Of a stretch of DNA of 64,000 bases, positions 1 through 9,359 are shown in pieces. Source of the DNA: a virus (Duplodnaviria > Caudoviricetes); the IMG/VR virus record IMGVR_UViG_3300037067_013742, positions 32,001 to 96,000 of that record; one strand, 5' to 3'. The first letter of the stretch is position 1; the number at the start of each line of letters is the position of its first letter. The notes under the pieces were generated by a model. It did not search any database. It saw only the letters and a program-made list of their open reading frames with translations, and was not told where the DNA came from. The translations under genes were made by a program, and so were the position numbers.

Positions 1-37
1 TCACCACTATCTAGGACTATAGACCAGTTATTTCTGC

Positions 38-346
38 TCATGACTTATCTTCATCATAGTTATGAATGATTATAGTTGTATCTCCATGATGTTCTTTTGT
101 GGGGATACACCAACAAGTCTCACCGTCCCGACAATGACCTTCCCACTCGCCAATGATTTCGCTTGAGGCATAGCTCCAGGCTCTGTCCATCTGGTCTAGT
201 TCTCCGTTTTCTATTCTTTTAATAGTCCAGTGGACAAGAATAGATGAGCCAGTAATTTGGGCGACAGAACCAAACTCCTCGTGGACTTGTCGGCCGCTGG
301 TAACTACTAGCCGGGCAACCCGATCACCAATCTTGGGATCTCTCAT
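38..346 (-). CDS. hypothetical phage protein
   Basis: 102-aa ORF, tiled with overlapping neighbours on the minus strand. Confidence 0.6.
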   Translation of the reverse strand: MRDPKIGDRVARLVVTSGRQVHEEFGSVAQITGSSILVHWTIKRIENGELDQMDRAWSYASSEIIGEWEGHCRDGETCWCIPTKEHHGDTTIIIHNYDEDKS

Positions 347-591
347 AGTTCTGTCAGCCTTCTAAGCTCTACTCTACTTCTCTCAATAGTTTCTCTAAGA
401 ACTATCCATTCTGCTAGATTAAGCGTTAGAGAAGTTGGGTTTCTATCTGAGTCAAAATAAGTGATATCAATCTTATGCTTATAGATATTTAGGTGTCCCT
501 TGCTAGAATCAGAGTCGCTGGAAAGAGTGACATGGATCTCGCTATCCGGCATCTCTAGCTTTATCGTATCCAGTTCTATATGATTTTTCAT
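343..591 (-). CDS. hypothetical phage protein
   Basis: 4-nt stop/start overlaps with both neighbours. Confidence 0.6.
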   Translation of the reverse strand: MKNHIELDTIKLEMPDSEIHVTLSSDSDSSKGHLNIYKHKIDITYFDSDRNPTSLTLNLAEWIVLRETIERSRVELRRLTEL

Positions 592-968
592 GAAATTCTC
601 TTAGTAAGAGTGATCTCTTCACAGAATAATGTGCCTAATGGAGCTTCTCTTGCGAGACCGTAATTACCTACTAGCCAGAACCGCTTTAGTTCTTCTAGAG
701 AGAGGCTGTCGCCCTTATGTGCATAGACAAGATCGCTTCGCCATCTGTTTGTTGGGGCTAGTTTTGCCTCTACTTCATAGAGACTCTCGTTTTGCGGATC
801 AAAGCCAAAATTCTTAGCGTCCTCTATACTAGCGAATGCCATCAGGTAACTGCCTTCGACTTTTGGTGTCGTTGGTTTCCCGACGAAATACCTAGTTCTT
901 GCATCCCCTGTGACGATACAAGAATGCAGTTGTCTATTTGTCCTATCGAGGATTTTATAAGCCTTCAT
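588..968 (-). CDS. hypothetical protein, paralog of 3543..3923
   Basis: Shares MKxYK, KPTxPKVxG, A(F/Y)xxxEDA and PxGT(L/V)FCxEITL with 3543..3923; both 126 aa. Confidence 0.75.
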   Translation of the reverse strand: MKAYKILDRTNRQLHSCIVTGDARTRYFVGKPTTPKVEGSYLMAFASIEDAKNFGFDPQNESLYEVEAKLAPTNRWRSDLVYAHKGDSLSLEELKRFWLVGNYGLAREAPLGTLFCEEITLTKRIS

Positions 969-1480
969 TAGTCTTCATCCTTTATACTTATGCTAAATCG
1001 ATGATGGTGTAAGAAGTCTCCATTATTATCGACTTCATCTGTCGTCCATGCCTCAACACCTCCACCAGTTGGATGTTTAGCCATAAGCTGAGTAGCATCT
1101 CCCTTGAGATAAGTAATCATAAGATTAATTCTCCTAAAGATTATTAGGAGAAATTTTATTTTGGGCGGGTACTAAGGCGCTTTTCTTTATAGCTAGATAT
1201 TACCTTTAAGACGCTTATAGCTAGATTCTCTAGCATACATAGAGCTATAAAGACTAAAAGGAAGGTCATCCAGGGATGGGCAAGTATGAATACTGTCATT
1301 AGCTTTTCTTTGTCTCAAGTCTGGGGTCCTGCTTGAATTTCTTACACTTCCCATTTATTGGATAGTAACCCTCTTTACAGATAGCCCAATCAGAAGGATT
1401 GTCTTTCTGCATGCAGCAGTAATAAAGATGCTGACACTTATTACAAGGAGTTGGGGTATTCATTAGATATAGTCTACTTT

Positions 1481-1900
1481 CTAGCCTCGGCGGAAGTTTT
1501 CTCTGGGTGGAGTAAATGCCTTTATCTCGTAGTCACGTCCGCGAGGACAGATAAACATTAGGCTATCTATATCCTCCTTCTTACTAGTAAAGAAGAGTAT
1601 GCTTCTCTCTGCCCTAAGGGGCGTGATAACTAGGTGATCTATATGATAGTCATTCCAATTGCTATAGGTATAGAGGCTTTCTGCCATAGGCGCCGTAGGG
1701 TCCACGATCCAGAAGTCTACAGTAATATTTAAGTGAACTTCTTTCTCTGGAAGGATGTCTCCCATAGACCCTTCCTGAAGGATTAGGTATCCATAATCGA
1801 GGCAGATACCTAAGGTACGGGCAAGACCAAGGGGCTTGAAATCCTTTATGGAGCGGAGTTCTAGCTTTCTTACTGAATGGGGTAGATAGGATAGGCTCAT
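1481..1900 (-). CDS. hypothetical protein
   Basis: 139-aa ORF on the local coding strand. Confidence 0.55.
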   Translation of the reverse strand: MSLSYLPHSVRKLELRSIKDFKPLGLARTLGICLDYGYLILQEGSMGDILPEKEVHLNITVDFWIVDPTAPMAESLYTYSNWNDYHIDHLVITPLRAERSILFFTSKKEDIDSLMFICPRGRDYEIKAFTPPRENFRRG

Positions 1901-1902
1901 CT

Positions 1903-1959
1903 TTAATCCCTTTCTTCTGAGGCTTTGAAAGAGTAGATAGGTTTCACCGTTAGTTCTAT
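1903..1959 (-). pseudogene. rtcB: C-terminal stub of RNA ligase RtcB
   Basis: Translates IELTVKPIYSFKASEERD*, matching the bacterial RtcB C-terminus (KPIYNFKASE type). Confidence 0.55.
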
Positions 1960-2732
1960 ATTATGTGTCTAAGTCTATGCAGTCTGTTTTTAATACTTGA
2001 TTCTGTTCTATTGAGAGTAGCCGCCACATAGTTTATGGGGTAGTTAAGAACAAGATTATCTTGTTCAATAGTCCAGGCCTTTTGAGTAACTTTCTTCATA
2101 GACGAGGGTCGTTCCCATAGTCGAACTTCTTCTGCAAGCTTTTTCTTTCTAAGAATAAAAAGGCTTGCTTCTGAGTAAAGGATCTTAGCAATAGCTTGGG
2201 CTTTTTCTCTAAAGATACAAATATTATATATGTTGTCACGTTCGTTTCTGTGAATTTCAGGTTTCCGATCTGTAGTTTCTTCACAGAAGCTGAGGTAATA
2301 TTCTTTAATACTTTCGCTAGAGGTTGTTAGTGAGATAAAGGGAAGATTCTTAGAAGTTATGCCTAACGATCCGTCTCCATCAACGAGCCCTCTAATATAA
2401 TCGATAGTGACTAACTCATTTGGGGCTGGGGCAATAACATTCTTCTTACTACCATATGGAATCCAGGGCTCTATTACTTTCCTAAAATCCTTGGAACATA
2501 CAGAGAGTATCGAGGAGGTCACTTCTTTTAGGAAGTTTGTATCTCTAGTTCGTTTTCTGATAGACGCTCTGACTTTGTAATCAGCCTCTATGAAATCCTT
2601 TAATTTGTATAAGATTTCTTCGTCTTGTTCAGAGAGTTCTAAAGCAATCCTCCCCTTATGACCAGACCTACCAGACATATGTCCGTCTGAGGTAAGTAAG
2701 CCAATTAGGTACGAGAGTTCTGGTGATTCCAT
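1956..2732 (-). CDS. free-standing double-motif LAGLIDADG homing endonuclease
   Basis: Motifs YLIGLLTSDG and YIRGLVDGDG; C-terminal Myb/HTH-like tail (WT..QD..LNRTESSIKNRL). Confidence 0.9.
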   Translation of the reverse strand: MESPELSYLIGLLTSDGHMSGRSGHKGRIALELSEQDEEILYKLKDFIEADYKVRASIRKRTRDTNFLKEVTSSILSVCSKDFRKVIEPWIPYGSKKNVIAPAPNELVTIDYIRGLVDGDGSLGITSKNLPFISLTTSSESIKEYYLSFCEETTDRKPEIHRNERDNIYNICIFREKAQAIAKILYSEASLFILRKKKLAEEVRLWERPSSMKKVTQKAWTIEQDNLVLNYPINYVAATLNRTESSIKNRLHRLRHII

Positions 2733-2752
2733 AAGTGGTATTATACCACTTT
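2733..2752 (-). promoter_or_regulatory. extended -10 promoter of a leaderless gene, inside an 8-bp hairpin
   Basis: Minus strand AAGTGGTA-TAA-TACCACTT-ATG = TGgTATAAT + 7 nt + ATG, no Shine-Dalgarno. Confidence 0.65.
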
Positions 2753-2766
2753 ATTGAACCTCCAGC

Positions 2767-2799
2767 TCATGATGAGTATTTTCCAGTGTATTCAAGCAT
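2767..2799 (-). pseudogene. rtcB: N-terminal stub of RNA ligase RtcB
   Basis: Purine-rich leader then MLEYTGKYSS*, resembling the RtcB start (MLEIxGKYxxA); pairs with the C-terminal stub across the HEG. Confidence 0.5.
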
Positions 2800-2853
2800 T
2801 AATGTTCTCTCTTTTGAAAATCGCGGACTATTTATCCCCGAACGGCTAATACT

Positions 2854-3207
2854 TCAATCATTTGGTAGGAAGTACATCCATTGACCATTTGGAAGTACAC
2901 ATTCACAGCTGTCGGTTACACGTAGGCATCGTCGTACAGACTCTGGAATACAGGGAAGATGCATTTCTGCGGCGTCACGATCGCATCTTCTCTCCATTTC
3001 GGCCCGGGAGGCTGCTCTCCAGGCCTTTTGTTGAGCGCAGTCCTTAGGGGTCACATAGACGATACCGGCCAGACATAGAATAAGCCCTAACAAGGTAATA
3101 ATATGGCGAATGTGCTCGCCATCTTTGATCCAGGCTAATACACGTAAGCGCCAAGTAATTGGTGGTGGGGGCGTCGGAAATTGAGGGGTACGATAGGGGT
3201 CTACCAT
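2854..3207 (-). CDS. single-pass membrane protein with Cys-rich C-terminus
   Basis: N-terminal DPYRTP, hydrophobic helix IITLLGLILCLAGIVYV, several Cys. Confidence 0.65.
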   Translation of the reverse strand: MVDPYRTPQFPTPPPPITWRLRVLAWIKDGEHIRHIITLLGLILCLAGIVYVTPKDCAQQKAWRAASRAEMERRCDRDAAEMHLPCIPESVRRCLRVTDSCECVLPNGQWMYFLPND

Positions 3208-3240
3208 TTCTTTCTCCTTAATTTTCGCGGAGTTGTTTAC

Positions 3241-3516
3241 CTAGCTTCTTCTTAGTCCGGGCATAAGCTCTTCTCCCTTTTGGATAAGAGCTCGAATTAC
3301 TTCAACTGGAGTGCCTTCCCAATGACTGTCGGGTGGATCCTCTAGAATCTTCCCGTCGGAGGTTAGGTAGGTTGTTGCAACAAGGACGTATTCTCCCACG
3401 TCCATATTTGGGTTTGCGGATAGATCCTCTTCGTCGATGGGCTCATAGTAGTTTGCATAGATTTCATCACTACACCACCAGAGAGTCCATCCATGACCAA
3501 GGTCTTGGTGTCTCAT
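3241..3516 (-). CDS. hypothetical protein
   Basis: Start moved to MRHQDLG, which follows GGAGGG and avoids the upstream overlap. Confidence 0.55.
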   Translation of the reverse strand: MRHQDLGHGWTLWWCSDEIYANYYEPIDEEDLSANPNMDVGEYVLVATTYLTSDGKILEDPPDSHWEGTPVEVIRALIQKGEELMPGLRRS

Positions 3517-3542
3517 CCCTCCGCTCTTCTTATAGCGACCAG

Positions 3543-3923
3543 TTAGGTTACTCTTTCTAGTAGTGTTATTTCTGTACAGAAGACCGTTCCCTCTGGCCAA
3601 CCAGATTCAAGGCCGATAGGGGCTTTGCGCTTTGGATCCCAGCAATCTTCTATTGCATAGTCTAAATCTATAAAGTAGCGGCACTTAGCTACGAACTTAG
3701 CTCTAGATATCTTTGCTTCTGCACGATAGATAACTTTAGGAGCGTAGTCTCTTACGAACTGTCTTGCATCTTCAAGAGTTCTATATGCGGTTAGAAGAGT
3801 TCCTTTAACTTTGGGTTTTGTTGGGATACCGATCTGGTATCTCACTGCAACATTTGCTGGCAAAAGTCCATAGGATGAAATTAGCCGTTTGTTACGCCTA
3901 CGAACTACTTTATATACTTTCAT
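3543..3923 (-). CDS. hypothetical protein, paralog of 588..968
   Basis: Shared motifs with 588..968. Confidence 0.75.
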   Translation of the reverse strand: MKVYKVVRRRNKRLISSYGLLPANVAVRYQIGIPTKPKVKGTLLTAYRTLEDARQFVRDYAPKVIYRAEAKISRAKFVAKCRYFIDLDYAIEDCWDPKRKAPIGLESGWPEGTVFCTEITLLERVT

Positions 3924-4170
3924 CAGATTCTTCCCAATCTAGTTTAGTTTTAGACCCAGGAAATAGTCTTGAGTATTCATCCTCAGCAGTATCCATATGA
4001 TTGAGAGGATGATCATCATCCCATTCTCCAATGTCAGCAGTAGAGACATACTGTACATCTGGAGCAATACAGTGATTTGGATATCGGGTATTTTCTATCG
4101 CGTCGATAATACCGTCTCTTCCAATCCCATCGAAGTCAATTATTAGGAGTTCTACTTTGTAGGCTTTCAA
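3910..4170 (-). CDS. hypothetical phage protein
   Basis: GGAGG RBS, acidic, tiled with neighbours. Confidence 0.65.
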   Translation of the reverse strand: MKAYKVELLIIDFDGIGRDGIIDAIENTRYPNHCIAPDVQYVSTADIGEWDDDHPLNHMDTAEDEYSRLFPGSKTKLDWEESDESI

Positions 4171-4363
4171 TAGTGTCCTCCATTATCTTGATCTCTTTCC
4201 ATAGACGGCCACCACATCCATGTTCAAGTAGCTTTAGAACTACTGCTTCCGCTGTTTGAAAGGATAGGGGGCCATACATTATTTCTGTAGTTCCCTGGTA
4301 GGTCGAGCCATTGTCAAAAGACTTTGCAAAAACCGTGTATGTCTTCTCTTTAGTTTCTGTCAT
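4136..4363 (-). CDS. hypothetical protein
   Basis: ORF in the minus-strand tiling. Confidence 0.5.
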   Translation of the reverse strand: MTETKEKTYTVFAKSFDNGSTYQGTTEIMYGPLSFQTAEAVVLKLLEHGCGGRLWKEIKIMEDTIESLQSRTPNN

Positions 4364-4551
4364 TATTCTTACCTAGAACTTGAGAGGTCTAAGAGTCCAG
4401 TTACCATCTTCTAGTCTAACTAGTCTTACTCTCTCTTCTCCTAGAGAGAATGAGATCTTCCAGATAGTCTTGTCTTTTTCCGTGCGGGAGAGAGCCTCCT
4501 GCAGGGTTTCTACATTGATAATTCCAGTCTCTTCTGATCTTAGTTGAATCA

Positions 4552-4917
4552 TTACATTCTCCTAAGCTGAGATTCCCAAGCTTCACGAATAGCACTCCAG
4601 TCATCTACATAGACCTTATAGTAGAGCTGTTCATGAGGACGACAATCTACGATATCTACGACCGTAGCCTCTCTCTCTTCGAAGTCTTCCTGCTCATCTG
4701 GCTTATAGAGAACTCTATCCCCTCGCTTAAACTCGGGGGTCTCTAGATCTTCTAGGTTAGCTTCAGCGGCAAACCGTTCATGACGATCACCAACAAGCCT
4801 AACGGCATAGTTTGGCGAGACCCAATCCATAATGGTGCAGTAAACAGTCCCTTTACTAGAAATGATACTAGGGTGCTTATAGATAGCAAAGCTTCCATTT
4901 TCGCGGAGCTTGGTCAC
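4552..4917 (-). CDS. hypothetical protein with SH3/KOW-like barrels
   Basis: FKRGDRVLY...ATVVDI...YYKVYVD...WESQL pattern. Confidence 0.55.
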   Translation of the reverse strand: MTKLRENGSFAIYKHPSIISSKGTVYCTIMDWVSPNYAVRLVGDRHERFAAEANLEDLETPEFKRGDRVLYKPDEQEDFEEREATVVDIVDCRPHEQLYYKVYVDDWSAIREAWESQLRRM

Positions 4918-5011
4918 TGTATCCCCCTTCAGAGAATGTCTTTGCTTATAGAAGAAAAGCTAGGTCTGTTACAGGTTTACTTCGTTCTACTAGTCCTTTT
5001 GGGGTGAGCAA

Positions 5012-5428
5012 TCACATCATCCCTACGGCTAGTAGGATTATCCCAATAAGTAGGGTAGGTCCTCCGAGGCCAAGGGTTAGTCCGTTTCTCCAGCTCCATA
5101 TAGATGTATCTACAGATGGATCGTGAGGACCAGAATTGAGGTATTCCCAGGGGGTAATAACAAAGCAGGTAAGTGTGGAGCTAAGACCGAATCCAGTTAG
5201 AACTGCTCCCGCGATGGCTAGTCTTCGGCTTCTAACTCTTTCTCTGACAGGCCTATTCTCTAGCGGCGGGCGAACATTTCTCTGAGAAGTGGCAGGACTC
5301 CACGATCTGACTTCTATTTGTCGCGGCGAATCACTATTCCCAACACTTTCGTTATCTCTATTCTGTAGAGACTCTGCTAGTGCTGGGGAGCTAATTGTAA
5401 GTAGCATCAAGATTATTACAGTTCTCAT
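5012..5428 (-). CDS. secreted/membrane protein
   Basis: AGGAG RBS, signal peptide ending ALA, two Gly-rich hydrophobic C-terminal helices. Confidence 0.7.
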   Translation of the reverse strand: MRTVIILMLLTISSPALAESLQNRDNESVGNSDSPRQIEVRSWSPATSQRNVRPPLENRPVRERVRSRRLAIAGAVLTGFGLSSTLTCFVITPWEYLNSGPHDPSVDTSIWSWRNGLTLGLGGPTLLIGIILLAVGMM

Positions 5429-5477
5429 CTTTACTCTCCTCCTATATCTTCTAATAAGAATTCTTTTGGTCGGGGAG

Positions 5478-6116
5478 CTATATCCTCGGCGTCAGCGAGA
5501 GCATTCGCGTGAGCCGTGTGTTAGCGCGCTCGAGCGCGGCGTCCCACGCGGCGGCCCACGCGGCGTCCATCGCGGCGTCCCTCGCGGCGTCCATCGCGGC
5601 GTCCCACGCGGCGTCCATCGCGGCGTCCCACGCGGCGGCCCTCGCGGCGTCCCTCGCGGCGTCCCACGCGGCGTCCATCGTGGCGGCCCTCGCGGCGTCC
5701 CACGCGGCGTCCCACGTGGCGACCCTCGCGGCGTCCCTGATGGACTCGTCTCCGGTGCGGAGGAATCGCACGACGACCTCGGGCGGATCGGGCCACAGGG
5801 GCAGCACGTCGAGCGCGCAAAGCCTAGCGAAGTGACGCAGCGTGGCCTCTGCGTCCACCGCCCATAGCACGGTGCGCTCCGAGCAGACGATCTTATCGTC
5901 GCCCCGCACGATCTCGCCGCCGCACTCGACGCGGCAGGCGATGTTGCCCTGAGCGTAGGAAAGCGCGTCGATGGCGCGGACTGAGGCGTGGAGGCCGCTG
6001 AAGCACATCTTCAGCTTGCCTTCGTGTCGGATCGTTTCGCCGATGGTGACCACCAGGCGGCCCTTGTTGGTGAGGATGCGGTCGCCATCCTTGATGCAGA
6101 AATGCCAAGCTCTCAT
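5478..6116 (-). CDS. phage protein with (W/R/M)DAA tetrapeptide repeats
   Basis: CFSGLHAS motif and C-terminal DAAW/DAAR/DAAM repeats; GC-rich. Confidence 0.8.
   Translation of the reverse strand: MRAWHFCIKDGDRILTNKGRLVVTIGETIRHEGKLKMCFSGLHASVRAIDALSYAQGNIACRVECGGEIVRGDDKIVCSERTVLWAVDAEATLRHFARLCALDVLPLWPDPPEVVVRFLRTGDESIRDAARVATWDAAWDAARAATMDAAWDAARDAARAAAWDAAMDAAWDAAMDAARDAAMDAAWAAAWDAALERANTRLTRMLSLTPRI
5535..5737. repeat. 12-bp coding tandem repeat (CGCGGCGTCCCA and variants), about 17 units
   Basis: Directly visible; encodes the xDAA repeats. Confidence 0.9.
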
Positions 6117-6213
6117 CTACTTCTCTCCTGTCTCTGCTATGTTTTTATTTGTGGGGTAGTTACTGCAACAAGCCATAGGCTTTATTTAATGTTCTTATAG
6201 ATAATAAGAAAAA

Positions 6214-7155
6214 CTATGAACCTTCTGGTGGGGTAGGAGATTTTTCTAGGTATTCTATGGCTGATTTAAGTCTAATTGGATCATCTAGGAAGTAGCCAAG
6301 ACCAATATTACAACGAGAGCAGAGTAGTCCTCTAACAATCCCACTTTTATGGCAGTGGTCAATAGCAAGTCGTCTGTCTTCTGTTGGTACGTTTTTGCAA
6401 ATAGCACAATGTCCACCTTGCTTCAAAAGCAGTTCTTCATATGCTTCGGTGGGGAGTTTGAATTTTTTCGCTCTTTGCTGCCTCTGGCTTTTTGCTTTAA
6501 AACGTGACGGGAGGATCCCTTTATTTGTTAGGATTTTAAGATAGGTAGATGAGATACCGGTCTTATCAACAATCTCATCTACTGGAAGATTTTTAGCCCA
6601 TAGCTGTTTTACGAGTTCTATATTTTCGGGTGGAATCTCTCTTATCCTATCCTTTTTTATCTTATGTCTTCGTAGTATTAATTGTATGTATGGGATACTA
6701 AGCTTTGTAAGTTCTGCAACCTCTTTTAATGTTTTGCCTTCCGCGTACAGTTTTAAGATAGTCGGGTCTTTAACTTCTAGATATTTTCTTCTGCTACGTC
6801 TAAGACATCCACATGATTTAGCATGACCATTTATTAGGGCATCACGTCTGATCTCTTTTTCGGCGCCACAGTCACATTTACATAGCCAGTAAGTATCTTT
6901 TCTCTTGCTATCGTATCCTCCAGATATAGCTTCTAATCTTCCACTTCTCCATCCGGGATAGGGAATCCCTTTATTTGGGAATAGGCAGCCGCAAGATTTT
7001 ACGCTGTTCTTTTTGAGGTAAGTACCTTTAGCTAGGTGAGTTTTTCCGCAGTCGCATAGACATTCCCAAAGTGTTTCTTTCTCTATAGATCCATGTCTTC
7101 TAACGACTACAAGCTTTCCAAATCTTTGTCCTGTTAAGTCTGTTTGTTGGGTCAT
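6214..7155 (-). CDS. endonuclease VII-type HNH homing endonuclease with tandem CxCDCG DNA-binding domains
   Basis: DLTGQRFGKL..WECLCDCG..SCGC repeated twice, HTH, C-terminal CAIC..LAIDHCH..VRGLLCSRCNIGLG; start set at the second Met after TGtTATTAT. Confidence 0.88.
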   Translation of the reverse strand: MTQQTDLTGQRFGKLVVVRRHGSIEKETLWECLCDCGKTHLAKGTYLKKNSVKSCGCLFPNKGIPYPGWRSGRLEAISGGYDSKRKDTYWLCKCDCGAEKEIRRDALINGHAKSCGCLRRSRRKYLEVKDPTILKLYAEGKTLKEVAELTKLSIPYIQLILRRHKIKKDRIREIPPENIELVKQLWAKNLPVDEIVDKTGISSTYLKILTNKGILPSRFKAKSQRQQRAKKFKLPTEAYEELLLKQGGHCAICKNVPTEDRRLAIDHCHKSGIVRGLLCSRCNIGLGYFLDDPIRLKSAIEYLEKSPTPPEGS

Positions 7156-7337
7156 AGTAGATAATAACATGGGAGAGAGTATTTTGAGGTAGATGTAGAG
7201 AGTGGGTAGGCCATAAGTACTCCTCTCACTACTTATCCCAAACTTTTTGGTTTTCAGTCTGGACTCTAAAATACTGTAACCAATGGACTTTACAGGAAAT
7301 TCCTCTTCTCTTCTGTAGCCAATGCTTGTTATTTTTA

Positions 7338-7442
7338 ACCCCCCGGACCCCCCAAGGGGGAGGGGGTTGGCCTCGCTCGCTAACGCTCGCTCGGCCCTTC
7401 GGGCCTGGCCATCGCTCGCGTTGCTCGCTCGGCCTGCGGCCT
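7338..7442. repeat. GC-rich hairpin cluster with CGCTCGC repeats
   Basis: Four CGCTCGC copies, GGCCCTTCGGGCC hairpin, CCCCCaaGGGGG. Confidence 0.6.
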
Positions 7443-7635
7443 AAGAGTCCGAGGATTCGTTTCCCTCTTCGATCATGAAAGTGACCGTAGTGTCTAGGGA
7501 TTCTGGCTTCCCGTTGAGAAGAACGGTAGTGGGGTTTCCCTCGAAAGAAAGGCAGTCTCCGTCTTCTGCTGCCGCGCGGATTAGTTCGAAGAGGGTACAG
7601 GTGATAGTGGTTTGGGTGGTCTTCTTGATAGTCAT
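7441..7635 (-). CDS. hypothetical protein
   Basis: GGAG leader, 64 aa. Confidence 0.5.
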   Translation of the reverse strand: MTIKKTTQTTITCTLFELIRAAAEDGDCLSFEGNPTTVLLNGKPESLDTTVTFMIEEGNESSDS

Positions 7636-7881
7636 CTCTACTCTTCTCCTCTGTGGTCTTTGTTTCTACAATGATTACGGTTCTTTGACTTCTTCTTATC
7701 GGGGATGATTGAGGGTCTGTTGCGGCCGTCATAGAAACCCTCTCGTACAGCTTCTTCTCTACGAATAGACCTCTCTATGAGGTAAATCTCCTCTGCTGTG
7801 ATCTTTAGGGGTTCCATCTTAGTTACCTTATTAGAATTACAGAGAATTCTAGTATAAGTTGAGGTTCTTGACCAGTTTGTC

Positions 7882-8139
7882 TTGTCAGTGAGAAGATATG
7901 CTATCTGGAAGGATGCGTATCAAATGGTTAAGAGGAGTACTCGCCGGACTGTAAGATTGACTGGTCTTTCTGGTCGGCGGGGACCAACTAAGCTGTGGGC
8001 TTATGGTTATGGAGATTATGCTAGGCTCTTGGGGGTAAGTGCTGAATATATTAGAGTATTAGTTTCTAGGGGAGCTTTTGATCCTGGAGATTTGGAGAGT
8101 CTGTTTAGGTATTGGGTTGGCCGGCGGGAAAAGGATTAG
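7882..8139 (+). CDS. small helix-turn-helix DNA-binding protein
   Basis: YGDYARLLGVSAEYIRVLVSRG excisionase/MerR-like HTH; counter-oriented to neighbours. Confidence 0.6.
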   Translation: MSVRRYAIWKDAYQMVKRSTRRTVRLTGLSGRRGPTKLWAYGYGDYARLLGVSAEYIRVLVSRGAFDPGDLESLFRYWVGRREKD

Positions 8140-8477
8140 TGGGTCTGCTCGAAGGTGAACTTGACGGGCTCGAAATGGAACTCGGGGACGTCGATGTGGA
8201 GCCTCTGCTCCGTCTGGTACTTCTGCGCCATGTAGCCGATCCAGAAGAAGTCCACGATGGAATCCATCTGAGACTCCTGAGAAAGCTCCCTGAACGCCCT
8301 CTTGTAGGCGTTGATGACGGGGATTCCGCCCTCGTAGAAACCCTCGACGAAGGGGTTGTCCGGGTAGGTCTCGTGGAAGATGTCGTAGGCCCTTCCCAGC
8401 CCCTTGATCCCGCCGCGAAAGACTTCCATCTGCTTGGCGAAGTACATCCTGCTAAGAGTTCCGATGAGCTTCTTCAT
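8136..8477 (-). CDS. hypothetical protein (GC-rich codons)
   Basis: GAGG RBS, strong G/C at third codon positions. Confidence 0.7.
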   Translation of the reverse strand: MKKLIGTLSRMYFAKQMEVFRGGIKGLGRAYDIFHETYPDNPFVEGFYEGGIPVINAYKRAFRELSQESQMDSIVDFFWIGYMAQKYQTEQRLHIDVPEFHFEPVKFTFEQTH

Positions 8478-8667
8478 GTTCTTTCCTCTTCTCCTTGAGT
8501 GAAACGGTGATTCTTTCTACCGCGCGAAAGCCAGCCCCTGCTACCTTGTCTAGCCCCTTCTCTAGAAGTTCAGAAGAACTTTCTACTAGAGGATCCATCT
8601 TATCGACGACCTTCTCAGCGAAGTCATCGAAAAGGCAGATCAATCTGTCCAGATTGTCAGTAGACAT
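8452..8667 (-). CDS. hypothetical protein
   Basis: AGGAG RBS. Confidence 0.6.
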   Translation of the reverse strand: MSTDNLDRLICLFDDFAEKVVDKMDPLVESSSELLEKGLDKVAGAGFRAVERITVSLKEKRKEHEEAHRNS

Positions 8668-8676
8668 CTCAATCTC

Positions 8677-8952
8677 CTAGTCTCTTGGGCGGGAGAATCT
8701 ATTCTGCCCATTAGGTCCTACACAAAAGGCTCCATAGACATCTCCTGGTGTTGTTACGGCCGACCACTCCTCTCCGAACTGCTGCTGACAGACCTTATCT
8801 GCCTGCCACTCTTGCAACTTCACGAAGAGGAACCCACACCCTATGATCCCGCCGAAGATAAGAAGAACTAGAGTGATGAAGATCTTTTTGATCAATCTCC
8901 CAAAGATCTCTGCTTGAGTTAGGAAGCCCTTCATATCGGCGTTTATATGCAT
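8677..8952 (-). CDS. membrane protein
   Basis: One TM helix and a Cys pair. Confidence 0.6.
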   Translation of the reverse strand: MHINADMKGFLTQAEIFGRLIKKIFITLVLLIFGGIIGCGFLFVKLQEWQADKVCQQQFGEEWSAVTTPGDVYGAFCVGPNGQNRFSRPRD

Positions 8953-9129
8953 CTGAGAGCCTCTAGAGGTTGAGGGTTGGTAGGTTGGGCCGGTTGGAAG
9001 AAAAGTCCTTCTACGCCTTATCTATCTGCTACCGTGATGTCCTTATCGTCGGTCTTCTTCGGAGCGAGGTTGAAATACAACAGAACGAATGAGAGTATTC
9101 CGAGGAAGATGATGTAGGGCATGGGATCC

Positions 9130-9327
9130 TCAGACGCTTCCGGTGAACTTGGCGCCGATCCAGAGGATGAAGGCGAGGACGCCGATGCCCAGGTTCCAGC
9201 CGAAGTAGAGGATGCCAACCCCTACCAGGACGATGAGGAGGAGGGTGAGCAGATTCCCTCGGGCCTCCTTCTTCTCTGCGGGGGTCTTGGGGGTCTTCGT
9301 GACGGCGGCTGCGGTGCTGTCAGACAT
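9130..9327 (-). CDS. small two-TM membrane protein
   Basis: AGGAG RBS, GC-rich codons, hydrophobic hairpin. Confidence 0.65.
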   Translation of the reverse strand: MSDSTAAAVTKTPKTPAEKKEARGNLLTLLLIVLVGVGILYFGWNLGIGVLAFILWIGAKFTGSV

Positions 9328-9359
9328 GTTAGCTCCTGTTGTTAGGGCCCGTAGGCCGG

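Noticed and set aside
5535-5737. Diversity-generating retroelement variable region
   Set aside because: No separate template repeat or reverse transcriptase in the window; this is a tandem coding repeat.
5289-6200. Alternative-frame ORFs over the repeat gene
   Set aside because: Produced by the stop-free GC-rich repeat.
6117-7230. Broken-gene stubs around the endonuclease VII-type HEG
   Set aside because: Short flanking frames (MAYPLSTS..., MACCSNYP...) could not be tied to a recognisable gene.
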